Below, piece after piece: positions 47,548 to 57,209 of a stretch of 64,000 nt of DNA (positions are counted from its first letter, which is position 1; every line of letters begins with the position of its first letter). Source of the DNA: a virus; the IMG/VR virus record IMGVR_UViG_3300036944_000990, positions 42,807 to 106,806 of that record. The stretch is one strand, 5' to 3'. Under the pieces are notes generated by a model. It did not search any database and was not told the DNA's origin. It was given only the letters and a program-made list of their open reading frames with translations. The position numbers were made by a program, and so were the translations under genes.

Positions 47548-47680
47548 AATGAAGACTCCAGTTTGTGTATTAAGGCAAAAAAAAACAAGAACCCGACTTG
47601 CAAGAGAGGCCAGTTTCCCAAGCGTAGCCTTAGTTCCTTTTCATAAGATTCTGAATAAATACGGTATAAAGCCCGCCCCG

Positions 47681-48112
47681 TTAATCGGGACGGACTTTGC
47701 GTATTTGTGTCAGAATTTGTTGGGTACAGCTCATCACACGAGTTGGGTACAAACGTAAGTCGTATGCCGAACCACAAGAAAGACGATCTTCGGTAATAAG
47801 GTCTTTGTTAACATGGACGATTTCATCGTAGTTTTCACGAATCAGAACGGTCAAGTAGTCAAAGAACTCATCACTGATAATGGTCTCATCCAAGTAGTAA
47901 TAGGCGTAACTACCCATCAGCCACCAGGATACTGCAATGTTTTTAGAGCGCTTAAGGAGGTTCGCTACATATACATCCAAAACACCATTGACCACCATCA
48001 AAGGAGGGTATTGGTAATTAGGTTGATGTTGATAACTGGCTAGGTAGCCTGACGCTTTGGGGGTCAGGCTTACCACATCAGACTCCTTAGGTGCAAAGAG
48101 GTCTATTTGCAT
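47681..48112 (-). CDS. Standalone NAD+-ligase subdomain Ia-like protein
   Basis: SYAYYYLDETIISDEFFD matches LigA Ia (Y-Y..D.P.ISD..YD). No adenylation domain. AAGGAGG RBS. Confidence 0.65.
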   Translation of the reverse strand: MQIDLFAPKESDVVSLTPKASGYLASYQHQPNYQYPPLMVVNGVLDVYVANLLKRSKNIAVSWWLMGSYAYYYLDETIISDEFFDYLTVLIRENYDEIVHVNKDLITEDRLSCGSAYDLRLYPTRVMSCTQQILTQIRKVRPD

Positions 48113-48287
48113 CGATGCCTCCTTCACGCTGTCTGCTTTGATAAAAACGTTCACACTAAACCCCCAAAGAAAAGCTGTGCAGTCTCTATTAGATACCACA
48201 CAACCGTTAAGTTTAACTGGTCAGCGAATGTCCATTAGGACCTCCAGTTTAAAAAAGAGGGTGGGGTGTCCCACCCTCTATGTCGTC

Positions 48288-49322
48288 TTACACCGCTGCT
48301 GCTGGGTACTTGATTGCCGGTTGTGGATGGTAGTCCACCACTTGAATATCGTCGATGGTGAAATCGAAGATGTCCTTCACTTCGGGGTTGAGGACGATAC
48401 GAGGTGTGTACGGACCTTCGGTTGGACGCGCCAGCTGTTGATTGGCGGTGGTCACTTGGTCTTCGTAAACGTGGCAATCGCCACCCACCCAGACAAACTC
48501 ACCCGTTTCCATGTTGGTGACATGGGCCAGCATTTGGATCAGAAGCGAGTACTGGACGATGTTGAAGGGGACTCCGATCGGTACATCAGCGCTGCGCTGA
48601 TAAAGCAGACCAGACAACCGATGGGTTGCTACTTGTTCCAGAGGGATGTCCCGTTCTTCAGCAATCACCTTGCGTTCCGTCAACCCGAGTTTGTACGGTT
48701 TGAGATGAAGGAGGGTGTGACAGGGCGGCAAAGCCATCTCGTCAATCTCCGCCACGTTCCATGCCGAGAGGATGATACGGCGATCGTCGGGGTTATTCTT
48801 GAGCTTATCGACCAACATCTGGATTTGATCGTACTCCTTCTTCATGATGGCGTACGTCAGGTGGTCTTCAGGCTGATAGACTTCAGTCCAGAGCCGATAC
48901 CCTTTGTCCCGGTAGTAATCGACCAGAGGACTGTCATTGTCCACCGTCTTGATCGATTCCCAACGCCGCCACTGATGTTGATAGATCTTCGGAAGTTCAC
49001 CTGCGACGAGTACACCGTCCACGTATTCCTCGGTGCCCTTCTTGACCCAACTGTCCCAGATATTCACCCCGTGTTGCTTGAGGTAGCGGATGTTGGTATC
49101 GCCTGAGAGCATCCAGATCAACTCGTGGATGATACCTTTGGTGAAGACCTTCTTACTGTGAAGCAGGGGAACTTTACCTTCACTAATGTTAAAGCGCATC
49201 ACGCGCCCAAACACACTATGGGTGTCGATTCCGGTACGGTTCTCGCAATGGATGCCGTTATCCAGAATGTCTTCCATCAGGGCGTGATACTGACCGGTTG
49301 GGCTATTGTCGCGGTGAGGCAT
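48288..49322 (-). CDS. thyA: Thymidylate synthase
   Basis: RTGIDT, HELIWMLSGDTNI, RRIILSAWN, ALPPCH, YQRSADVPIGVPFN, GDCHVY. Confidence 0.95.
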   Translation of the reverse strand: MPHRDNSPTGQYHALMEDILDNGIHCENRTGIDTHSVFGRVMRFNISEGKVPLLHSKKVFTKGIIHELIWMLSGDTNIRYLKQHGVNIWDSWVKKGTEEYVDGVLVAGELPKIYQHQWRRWESIKTVDNDSPLVDYYRDKGYRLWTEVYQPEDHLTYAIMKKEYDQIQMLVDKLKNNPDDRRIILSAWNVAEIDEMALPPCHTLLHLKPYKLGLTERKVIAEERDIPLEQVATHRLSGLLYQRSADVPIGVPFNIVQYSLLIQMLAHVTNMETGEFVWVGGDCHVYEDQVTTANQQLARPTEGPYTPRIVLNPEVKDIFDFTIDDIQVVDYHPQPAIKYPAAAV

Positions 49323-49360
49323 GAGTCGTTCCTTATCAAGGAGGGTTAGCGTTTAGTTGA

Positions 49361-49546
49361 TCAAATGACAAAACTGCTAGCTTCGGCGAGTGCGGCGAGG
49401 ATTAGTCGTCTTAAATCTCCATCGTTCTCCAAATTTAAAGTTTCAATCTCAAGTACTGGGCGGGGGATATACCGAAACTTGATCGTACGGGAGTTGAATT
49501 CATACCAACAACTTAAGTAATGTCCTCGTGGGGCATATATAGACAA
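49361..49546 (-). CDS. Hypothetical protein
   Basis: 61-aa ORF filling the gap. Confidence 0.45.
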   Translation of the reverse strand: MSIYAPRGHYLSCWYEFNSRTIKFRYIPRPVLEIETLNLENDGDLRRLILAALAEASSFVI

Positions 49547-49569
49547 CAGTCTGCGACAAAGGGTAGTGC

Positions 49570-50211
49570 TTAGAAAAAGAAGTCGAGGTCGATGTCTTTC
49601 TTGTCGAAGGTGTGGAACGCTTCACCTACGTTTTCCAACGCTGTGGTAGCGGTTCTCATCAACTCTTCCACCGCTTTACGAGCTTCTTTAGGCTTGACGA
49701 CAGTGGGGACGTAAAACGCTTCGAAGGCTTTGTCGTTGACCTTTACACCAGCGTAGCCAATGGTCGCCCACTCGGGTGCGAATTGTTTAACCAACACTTT
49801 AACGGCATCGGTCGACCACCACCAAGGATCAGTACGCAGTTCACTTTCAGAAGTGATGATAACGCGAATGTGTGGGACGCTTTCCAAGTTGTGTGACGGT
49901 GCTCGCACCACGGTCTCAGCGACTTGAAGGAAACTGATAGGCCCGTTGTAACGTACCGACGCACCTTCGTTTTGTACCCACAAGCCCGTAGGTTCTTTGC
50001 CGTTACGGCGCATCTCGCTCAAGGTGGCATAACCTTCTGCCCCGTCGTATTGAACGATTTGAGATTCGTCGATCTCCAAAGACAACACGTCTTCATTGAA
50101 GTTGGGTTGGACGTAGTCCATGTCAGGATAGAAGGTCAGCGAGATCCCGGTATCCAGTTCCTTGAGGTGGGGTGTGATCAACGCATTCAGAGCAAAGTAC
50201 ATTTTACGCAT
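49570..50211 (-). CDS. Hypothetical protein
   Basis: 213-aa ORF with AAGGA RBS. Confidence 0.65.
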   Translation of the reverse strand: MRKMYFALNALITPHLKELDTGISLTFYPDMDYVQPNFNEDVLSLEIDESQIVQYDGAEGYATLSEMRRNGKEPTGLWVQNEGASVRYNGPISFLQVAETVVRAPSHNLESVPHIRVIITSESELRTDPWWWSTDAVKVLVKQFAPEWATIGYAGVKVNDKAFEAFYVPTVVKPKEARKAVEELMRTATTALENVGEAFHTFDKKDIDLDFFF

Positions 50212-50269
50212 GGGTTATTCCTTTTACCGATCCAAAAAGAAAAGGCCAGCGAACTGGCCTTGAGTTGGG

Positions 50270-50704
50270 TTAAAGCACTACTGTAACACGGCCTGAGGCT
50301 TGTAACCCGGCCCAGAAGTGACTGAGTACGCGGTCTTTGTCACGTTCACGTTGGTGTTCACTGGCGTAGGTCATACACCCCTGTAGCTGATCAATGAACT
50401 GATCAATGGCATGGTCCAAGCCTTCAGGAAACCCAAGCCATACAGAGGGCTTTACAGGGACTTGGGCTAGGTCAACTGGAGGGATAGCATCACCCAAGGG
50501 TCGATCAATGACCGTAGTGAGCACCACGATGGCACTTTCAGTCATGAAGGCTGTCAAGTGAAACGCACGCGCATGGTCTTTAGGGCAATCACCCAACACT
50601 TCGAAATGCCGATCCCACATATCGGGTTCTTCTTTAACGAACAGAGCCTCACGAGCTTGTGGGGCGAGGAAGGTGCGAAATTGACCGTAGTTTTGTGTTG
50701 ACAT
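50270..50704 (-). CDS. Hypothetical protein
   Basis: 144-aa ORF followed by an AGGCCAG/CTGGCCT terminator. Confidence 0.6.
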   Translation of the reverse strand: MSTQNYGQFRTFLAPQAREALFVKEEPDMWDRHFEVLGDCPKDHARAFHLTAFMTESAIVVLTTVIDRPLGDAIPPVDLAQVPVKPSVWLGFPEGLDHAIDQFIDQLQGCMTYASEHQRERDKDRVLSHFWAGLQASGRVTVVL

Positions 50705-50724
50705 GGGAACTTAGTCCTTTAAAA

Positions 50725-51693
50725 TTAGGCAGTTGCTTGTTGGATTGAGGTAACCTGAGTTTTGTGAACGAGATCAACCAAGCTAAACATCCGCTCGGGG
50801 CGGTACGTGCTGTATTTGACAATGGTCGTATCGCGACGGCCAGGGAAGTCAACTACAACCATGGTGGTTTCTTCTTTCTCTGAAGTACACTCACCCACAA
50901 CCATTCCTACCCACGTAGGGGTCGCTACGAGGTCACCATAATTGAAACCGCCAAAACACGGGGTTCCCCACTTAGTGCGAACATGGGGATGGTCTTCTTC
51001 AACATAACGCTGAGTCTTGAAGGTCCAGCTGAACAAACTTTCCTCAGGTTCACTGGCTAATAACCAATGGCTGAGTAACGGACGACCCATCGGGATGGGA
51101 TTTAATACCGCATTCCACAGGTGGCCTTTGGTGTAGTCCCAGTGGATAATGTGTTTGAACTTCAGTGTTTCAGCATCCAGGACATTGAAGTTGATGATAC
51201 TGCCTTGGGAAAGACTAGCGCTGTCACAGGGACGAGACCCCGAGTACAGGGTCAGCAGATTACCAAAGGTATCTGTCCCGACCACCCATTCAACCACGCG
51301 GTGCAAAGACATCGCCTTGGCAGCGTAGGATGCCGCCAGACGTTCGTCCACACCTTGGGTGAGGGCTACATACCTGAAGTTACCAGCGGGCAACAGTGCG
51401 GCTTTGGGAACCTCTTCCACGGTGTAGGTAAAGGTACTGCGTTCGTGAGTGTAGGGGTTGAGTATTGCGTAGGATTCTTCGCGTTTACTGCGATCGTAGT
51501 CCGCACTTGTAATCATGCGAATTTGCGAACTAAGGCCGAGTTGACGACCTCCTAGATCGTTGTGGCGAACGTAGGCACACCCATCAGCTTTAATCGCAGC
51601 TTTCACTTTGATAAACAACTCACTACGACGATGGGGTTTGGAGAATTTAAACAGCGCATTCGCTGCGCGTTGAATGAAGCCTGGGGTGCTCAT
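50725..51693 (-). CDS. Hypothetical protein
   Basis: 322-aa ORF with AAGGA RBS. Confidence 0.65.
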   Translation of the reverse strand: MSTPGFIQRAANALFKFSKPHRRSELFIKVKAAIKADGCAYVRHNDLGGRQLGLSSQIRMITSADYDRSKREESYAILNPYTHERSTFTYTVEEVPKAALLPAGNFRYVALTQGVDERLAASYAAKAMSLHRVVEWVVGTDTFGNLLTLYSGSRPCDSASLSQGSIINFNVLDAETLKFKHIIHWDYTKGHLWNAVLNPIPMGRPLLSHWLLASEPEESLFSWTFKTQRYVEEDHPHVRTKWGTPCFGGFNYGDLVATPTWVGMVVGECTSEKEETTMVVVDFPGRRDTTIVKYSTYRPERMFSLVDLVHKTQVTSIQQATA

Positions 51694-51753
51694 ACTCGTT
51701 CCTTGATGACATAGCAGAGTGAGCCTTACGACCCACTCTGATACATTTATGGG

Positions 51754-52635
51754 TTACAGACGTTCAGCTTGACACTCTGCCGAACAGCCTTCTTCTGAAA
51801 CAGTTTCTTGGGCTTCTTGCACGCCTTCAACACCACCCACGGCAACCAGACCTTTGAGGGCCTCTTCCTGTTGGGCTTTGAAGTCGGCGAACTGCACCGC
51901 TGCAGCCAGACCTGCTTGGGTCAGGTCTTCGATGAAGCTGTCTTCGAAACCTTCGATCAGCAGCTTCGACCAGTTTTCGAAGTTGTAGTCGGCCAGGGTT
52001 TGGCGCAGCTTGCTCAGCGGAATGAAGCCCAGGCCGACAGCCGAGGATTCGCCCATGACCGGCTCGAGACCGTAAGGGATCATCATCAGCATGGTCACGC
52101 CGAGATGACGCTGACCGACCGGGTCGCTGTTGTCGTTCAGGTAGCCGTAGATGCTCGGTTGAGCACGGATGTTTTCGTCGAGCAGGGCTTGGATGATCGG
52201 CTGCCCTTTGAGGGTCAGTTCTTCACACAGCTCTTCCATCACGTTGTACATGATGGTCATGCCGAGGTTCAGGCTACTGTGGGCATCGTAGAACTGAGCA
52301 TGGCTGACGTTGATGTGACCGCCCAGACCGATAGAGTGACGACCCAACAGGCGCTCTTCGCCGCTACCTTTCACACGCTGGTAAACGAAAACTTCGAGTT
52401 CACCTTCGGGGTTCACGCGGAAGATCTGGACGTAGGGGAGCAGGTGACGATAGGCCGGGTTTTCTTCGACCGCCTCACGGCGCTTGATGGCCAGCCCTTC
52501 ATTGAGAGCGGCTTCCAGTTGCTGGATATTGGCGAAGTTCGGGGCCATGTCCGTGCCGGTGGCAAAGCCTTCTTTCGGGAACAGGTCATTGATCTGAGCG
52601 GTGGGATGAACGAGGATCAGTTCTTTCTTCGACAT
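51754..52635 (-). CDS. NUDIX-family phosphoesterase-like protein
   Basis: EENPAYRHLLPY, YQR..GSGEERL...SIGLGGHIN, EELCEE, D..DPVG..HLG. Confidence 0.75.
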   Translation of the reverse strand: MSKKELILVHPTAQINDLFPKEGFATGTDMAPNFANIQQLEAALNEGLAIKRREAVEENPAYRHLLPYVQIFRVNPEGELEVFVYQRVKGSGEERLLGRHSIGLGGHINVSHAQFYDAHSSLNLGMTIMYNVMEELCEELTLKGQPIIQALLDENIRAQPSIYGYLNDNSDPVGQRHLGVTMLMMIPYGLEPVMGESSAVGLGFIPLSKLRQTLADYNFENWSKLLIEGFEDSFIEDLTQAGLAAAVQFADFKAQQEEALKGLVAVGGVEGVQEAQETVSEEGCSAECQAERL

Positions 52636-52641
52636 GGGTCG

Positions 52642-52842
52642 TTATTTCCTTGTAGGTTGGGTAGGGGTTTTTGCGTTAGCAACAATCCAGTTGTCCACAT
52701 CATCCAGTTTAAATAACACAACCGGCTCAGTTTCAACGGGGGTGAGTTCCTCCACACATCGCAGGATGGCTTGAACGTGATAGCCCTTACAGGCCAGTTT
52801 GGTGTACAGTTGTTCGCGTGCGATGGTTTTAATAGCGGCCAT
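52642..52842 (-). CDS. Hypothetical protein
   Basis: 66-aa ORF collinear with its neighbours. Confidence 0.55.
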   Translation of the reverse strand: MAAIKTIAREQLYTKLACKGYHVQAILRCVEELTPVETEPVVLFKLDDVDNWIVANAKTPTQPTRK

Positions 52843-52908
52843 AGTCTGACTACTTCGGGGAGGTTAAGGTTAAAGGCTTTTGCTCACAGCATGGGACTTG
52901 CTAGTTTT

Positions 52909-53187
52909 TTATAACTGTATGTTGTACTCTTCGACCAAGGCTTGGATTTCTTCTGGGGGTAAGAACTCAATATGGCTGCGGAACGGCCATTCTTTTACCA
53001 GAGCCAAAAACCGTTGCGTGGTTTCCGGGTGAGACTCACTATATTGAGGAAACGCCTCAACCACCCGCAAGGCCAGCGACGCAAGTCGGTCCACACCCAA
53101 ATTTTGCAACAGGGTTGCATCCTTCGGGTGGTTTTCCATCGTGTTGATGGCTTTGTCGATAAAGGCTTTCCATTGGGTACCGCGCAT
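52909..53187 (-). CDS. Hypothetical protein
   Basis: 92-aa ORF with AGGA RBS. Confidence 0.55.
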   Translation of the reverse strand: MRGTQWKAFIDKAINTMENHPKDATLLQNLGVDRLASLALRVVEAFPQYSESHPETTQRFLALVKEWPFRSHIEFLPPEEIQALVEEYNIQL

Positions 53188-53198
53188 ACACCACTTCC

Positions 53199-53465
53199 TT
53201 ACAGATTAAGATTGGCGGGATCTTGGTCGAGATAACCGATCCGCACGTTGTAGACATGACCGTCTTCACGTTGACGTACGATCTCTACGGGCCAGCCGTA
53301 GGTATCTCGTTCAAAGAAGACCAAGTCAATGTTATATTGTTCGGGGACATGGAAGTCAGGGTGTTCGAGCACCCCTTTGATGAACAACTCTTCCTCGAAC
53401 TGGTAGGTGAGTACTACCATGGGTGCGTCTTGATAACCGCACTTAGTCAGTGTGACTGTCGTCAT
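53199..53465 (-). CDS. Hypothetical protein
   Basis: Start moved to MTTVTL, which overlaps the end of the upstream gene. Confidence 0.55.
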   Translation of the reverse strand: MTTVTLTKCGYQDAPMVVLTYQFEEELFIKGVLEHPDFHVPEQYNIDLVFFERDTYGWPVEIVRQREDGHVYNVRIGYLDQDPANLNL

Positions 53466-54054
53466 CGTCAAGGTCCTCGAGGTCTTCCAAGGTTGCGGGA
53501 CGGAAGTTTGGTGTAAACGCACGGCACGTATGGCGCCCTGCGCTGTCGACAATCCAGATGCTGGGGACTGTCGGGTACAACACGCTGTTGTCATCGAAAG
53601 CAGCGTAATTCAGGGTGAAGTAATCACAGAGTTCGCCGCCGTCCAAGAAGTACGCGCGAGGGCGAGCGTTCTTCACACAGATGTCTTCGACTTCCTTACG
53701 CATCACCGTGTATTCGGCAACGTCATAAAAAGACAAATCCCCGATGACTACATAGCGGACATCAGGGGACAGGTTTGGTGAGACGGTCACCGGGACACCA
53801 TCTACCCCTTCGATAACCACAGTGCGCATGACTCGGGGTTGAGGGATTTGGAGAATGCGAGCATACTGAATCACATCCTCACTGTTATCGTTGACAGGAT
53901 GCCAAGCCAATACAAAGCCAGTCGCCCCATTGTTGATAAGGTCGCCCACCTCGGCCAATACTTCAGCGTCGAGTTCGCCATTACCAAGGTAACTCCCACG
54001 GATTTGGGAGAAACGGCTTTCACCATTGATGCGGTCTTCGATCAGTTTAAACAT
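53443..54054 (-). CDS. Hypothetical protein
   Basis: 203-aa ORF. Confidence 0.6.
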   Translation of the reverse strand: MFKLIEDRINGESRFSQIRGSYLGNGELDAEVLAEVGDLINNGATGFVLAWHPVNDNSEDVIQYARILQIPQPRVMRTVVIEGVDGVPVTVSPNLSPDVRYVVIGDLSFYDVAEYTVMRKEVEDICVKNARPRAYFLDGGELCDYFTLNYAAFDDNSVLYPTVPSIWIVDSAGRHTCRAFTPNFRPATLEDLEDLDDDDSHTD

Positions 54055-54055
54055 C

Positions 54056-54547
54056 TCAGATTCCTTGAGGAATGTAGGTTAAGTTTGGGGTTTTACGTTT
54101 ACGACGAAGTTGTTGTTGATTGTGCACCGCACTGATCAGGTGATCAGGGACATCGAGTTCGATCTCCACCTGAATCAAACGGTAGTTTTTGAGTTGCCCT
54201 TGGTACATGACCAAGACCGACTCCTTTAATGGCTGAATCTTCCAAATGTGAGAGAAGTACTGAATGACCCTTAAGTACACCGAATAACTCAACATCACCA
54301 ACGAATTGAACTCGTGTTCTTCAAGGTCGTTAATACGATCCATCACCACACGATCATCGTTGAAGTCTTCGTCCCACAACGTACCGTCAAAGAGGTATTC
54401 AATCATCTCGGTATGGAATTTCTCATACTCCATATAACGGTAGCTGGCGCAGTAGTTCAGGGCACAATCAAGCAGGTAAGGTTCTAGTAGACGAAACAGA
54501 TGATTAGATCCCAAATGGAGGTCCGATACATCAACAGTCACCAACAT
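54056..54547 (-). CDS. Hypothetical protein
   Basis: 163-aa ORF downstream of a TACATTAT promoter-like site (54578-54585). Confidence 0.6.
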   Translation of the reverse strand: MLVTVDVSDLHLGSNHLFRLLEPYLLDCALNYCASYRYMEYEKFHTEMIEYLFDGTLWDEDFNDDRVVMDRINDLEEHEFNSLVMLSYSVYLRVIQYFSHIWKIQPLKESVLVMYQGQLKNYRLIQVEIELDVPDHLISAVHNQQQLRRKRKTPNLTYIPQGI

Positions 54548-54692
54548 GATACAACACCCAGTAGCAGAGTCACTTTTATAATGTATGTCTCAAATGTGTT
54601 TAATTACCGACTCAGGGTGTCAGGTATGGTATGAGAGGGGAAACGTACTCTCACTTTAAATGGGCAGTAGGAAACCAAAGGGGAAACAAACC

Positions 54693-55211
54693 ATGAAATA
54701 CGATATCCTGAAAAGTGGTATTGAAAACATTCTGGCTCTGGTCAATGCGGACAACGCCCAAGCGTTCACTCTTGAGCAGATCTCGATCGGTGCACCTGCG
54801 GTATTCGTGGATGAGACGGGGGTCAATCCACGCAACACCCAGATCGTGGTCAGTGCTCAACCGGGCAGTGGTATGGTGGGTTCTCAGACTCATCGTTACA
54901 CCCGTCTGGATCTGGCTGGTCTTCCGGTAGCTCCGATCGAAATTCAACTGGGTGAGACCACCACTCTGGCTGACGTCAAAGCCGACGTTGTTGGTCAGCT
55001 GCTGGTCTCTGACAGTGAAGTCGAATTCACCGTCGCCGAGATCCCTGCTTTCGAAGAAGGCGTAACCTCTCAGGTCCTGACTCTGCAGGCTATCGACGGT
55101 AGCTACGGCTATATCGGTTCCGTAGAGATCACCGTCCTGGCTTACGAGGCTCCGCCGGTTGAGCTGAGCAGCGTACTGCCGAACCAAGACCTGAATGGTT
55201 TTGAGTACTAA
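54693..55211 (+). CDS. Putative virion structural protein
   Basis: Strong codon bias; HRYTRLDL repeat related to 3451..4038 and 4043..5272. Confidence 0.6.
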   Translation: MKYDILKSGIENILALVNADNAQAFTLEQISIGAPAVFVDETGVNPRNTQIVVSAQPGSGMVGSQTHRYTRLDLAGLPVAPIEIQLGETTTLADVKADVVGQLLVSDSEVEFTVAEIPAFEEGVTSQVLTLQAIDGSYGYIGSVEITVLAYEAPPVELSSVLPNQDLNGFEY

Positions 55212-55220
55212 GTAGCAAAC

Positions 55221-55263
55221 GGCATACAGGGAGGCGTGAGCCTCCCTGTAGGCTTTTATGCGG
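55221..55263. terminator. Terminator between convergent genes
   Basis: Same 26-bp hairpin as 807-832. Confidence 0.75.
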
Positions 55264-55866
55264 TCACAAACCAGAACGGTTAATGACTTCATCAACCATC
55301 TTGTTCAAGTCGCGATGACCGGACATCAGGTAGTAACGGCTAGGATCTGCTTCGATCTGATCCAAGAAGCCTTCACGCACCCTTTGGTGGTATTCCAACC
55401 CCTTGGCTTCCATCCGGTCCAGTACCCCACGGGCACTTACTTTTTCGAAAGACAGTTTGGGGTCGACGTCGATCACCACAGTCAAGTCAGGACGAAATTC
55501 GCCCAACGTGGTGTTGACCAACGCATTGAAGGTGTGTCGTGAAAGGTTACCACCACGGCACTGGAGTGCGTAAGTCGAGTCAATGAAACGATCGCACAAT
55601 ACGATCTTACCCATACGGAGATGGGGTTTGATCACTTGTTCGATGTGCTGGCGCCGGCCGGCGAAGAACAACAGAGCTTCGGTCAGCGGATCAACTTTCT
55701 CGTCGCGGTGGCGCAGCAGTACTTCACGAATCTCTTCAGCCATCGGCGTACCGCCAGGCTCGCGAGTTTGAATCACCTCGTGACCCATGCACTCAAGGCG
55801 AGTGGCTAACGCATTACGCAGAGTGGTTTTGCCACATCCTTCCCCGCCTTCAAACACAATGAACAT
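55264..55866 (-). CDS. tmk: Thymidylate kinase
   Basis: FIVFEGGEGCGKTT, TREPGGT, LCDRFIDSTYALQ, PDLT. Confidence 0.95.
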   Translation of the reverse strand: MFIVFEGGEGCGKTTLRNALATRLECMGHEVIQTREPGGTPMAEEIREVLLRHRDEKVDPLTEALLFFAGRRQHIEQVIKPHLRMGKIVLCDRFIDSTYALQCRGGNLSRHTFNALVNTTLGEFRPDLTVVIDVDPKLSFEKVSARGVLDRMEAKGLEYHQRVREGFLDQIEADPSRYYLMSGHRDLNKMVDEVINRSGL

Positions 55867-55868
55867 CG

Positions 55869-57209
55869 TTACTCCTCTTCCTTATCCAGGAATAAATACA
55901 GCGCCGTGTTGGATTTAAACCGTTGGCTCGTACCACCTCTACCTTCCATCGAGATAAAGTGTTGATCCCCCACCAGAACGCCATAACGAATGCGGACTTG
56001 GTTTTCATGCTCGTACATGAAGCGTACAGGCATGCCGGGGTAAAGCAGGGTGTGATCAGAGTTCTCCCACGTGGCAGTTACATTGTTGCCCTTGCGAAAG
56101 ACTGTTTTAGACAACTCAGCAAACAAGTTACTGGTTGCTTTGGCCCCACGCGTAACGTGTGCCAATCCCTCCACTGCTTGATCAATCAACACCTCCGTAA
56201 CGTTCTTACCTCGAGAGGCTTTGGCTACGTTACCGACAGTGTGTACAAAACTGTCTAAGAGACCTTTGGCGTCGTTGAACCGAATACCAATCCCCTTGTC
56301 CAGCTTTGCTTTATCTGAAGTATCGGTAATGTCCGTGCGACCAGTGGACAAGACAATCAATTGATTCCCTTTAGTCAGCCACGTTCGTTCGATACTCGGC
56401 ATCTTCTCTTCTGGTACGTTAATGACCGTGAGTCCACGAGGACTTTGGTCAAAACGTTTGGTGTTCAGTGCTGGCCATACATACCAGTCGCCTGCCAGTA
56501 AGTAAATACCCAACCCGGTGTTGTAAATCCCCCCACATTCTTCTTGAAGAAAATCAGCCAGTTCCACCAACGGCTTACCGTGAGGCACTACAATGTGGTC
56601 ACGAGGTTCAAGGTTGTCTGGCGGTACCATGTCAACACGTCCTTGGGTACCCACCACCTCACGCGGAATCTCCTGGGTTTTAACCGTCAACAAAGTCAAC
56701 AGAAGATCTGCTGCTGTACGTTTGCGGAAACTCCCACCCACTGAAACAGACCGCAACCACTCAACCGATCGATCGATCAACTGCAGGCGTACATTGGCAA
56801 CGTTAGCTGAGTCAGCGACCTCAACGTTATCCAGAATGCCTGAACCCGAAGCGGCAGCAATATCCTTGGTCTCACACAGAACGGCTTTGTATTCTCGGGT
56901 GATGATCGGTTCATCATCGGCTGTGGCGTGATCCCCAATGACTTCACGAGTGAGTTGCACCGACAGCCGCTCTTTATTGGGATAGATGTATTTGCTGTAC
57001 GTCCCCACCCCAAAGACGATCGTGATATACGACTCATCGGCGAACGTCTTGAGGTAGTCACGGGCAATGTCAGTAGACACCACCCGTAACGGTACCAATT
57101 CACGACCGTCCGGTAGGCGTACACTACAACTGTAGCGATATTGGGGAAGTGGCGTACGGCTGTCCGTCACTTCCCGCACAGCGTTGATTAAGGAACTATT
57201 CTCCAGCAC
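55869..57209 (-). CDS. phiKZ-like virion (baseplate-type) protein
   Basis: GGAGG-N8-GTG start; structural block context; GGIYNTGLGIY. Confidence 0.55.
   Translation of the reverse strand: MLENSSLINAVREVTDSRTPLPQYRYSCSVRLPDGRELVPLRVVSTDIARDYLKTFADESYITIVFGVGTYSKYIYPNKERLSVQLTREVIGDHATADDEPIITREYKAVLCETKDIAAASGSGILDNVEVADSANVANVRLQLIDRSVEWLRSVSVGGSFRKRTAADLLLTLLTVKTQEIPREVVGTQGRVDMVPPDNLEPRDHIVVPHGKPLVELADFLQEECGGIYNTGLGIYLLAGDWYVWPALNTKRFDQSPRGLTVINVPEEKMPSIERTWLTKGNQLIVLSTGRTDITDTSDKAKLDKGIGIRFNDAKGLLDSFVHTVGNVAKASRGKNVTEVLIDQAVEGLAHVTRGAKATSNLFAELSKTVFRKGNNVTATWENSDHTLLYPGMPVRFMYEHENQVRIRYGVLVGDQHFISMEGRGGTSQRFKSNTALYLFLDKEEE

Noticed and set aside
48288-49322. ThyA as a base-modifying dCMP hydroxymethylase
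   Set aside because: It retains Asn in PFN (the dUMP specificity residue) and is accompanied by DHFR and tmk, so it is a canonical thymidylate synthase.
53443-54054. Thioredoxin/glutaredoxin-like electron donor (YPTVPSIWIVD)
   Set aside because: No CxxC motif; the resemblance is limited to one short loop.
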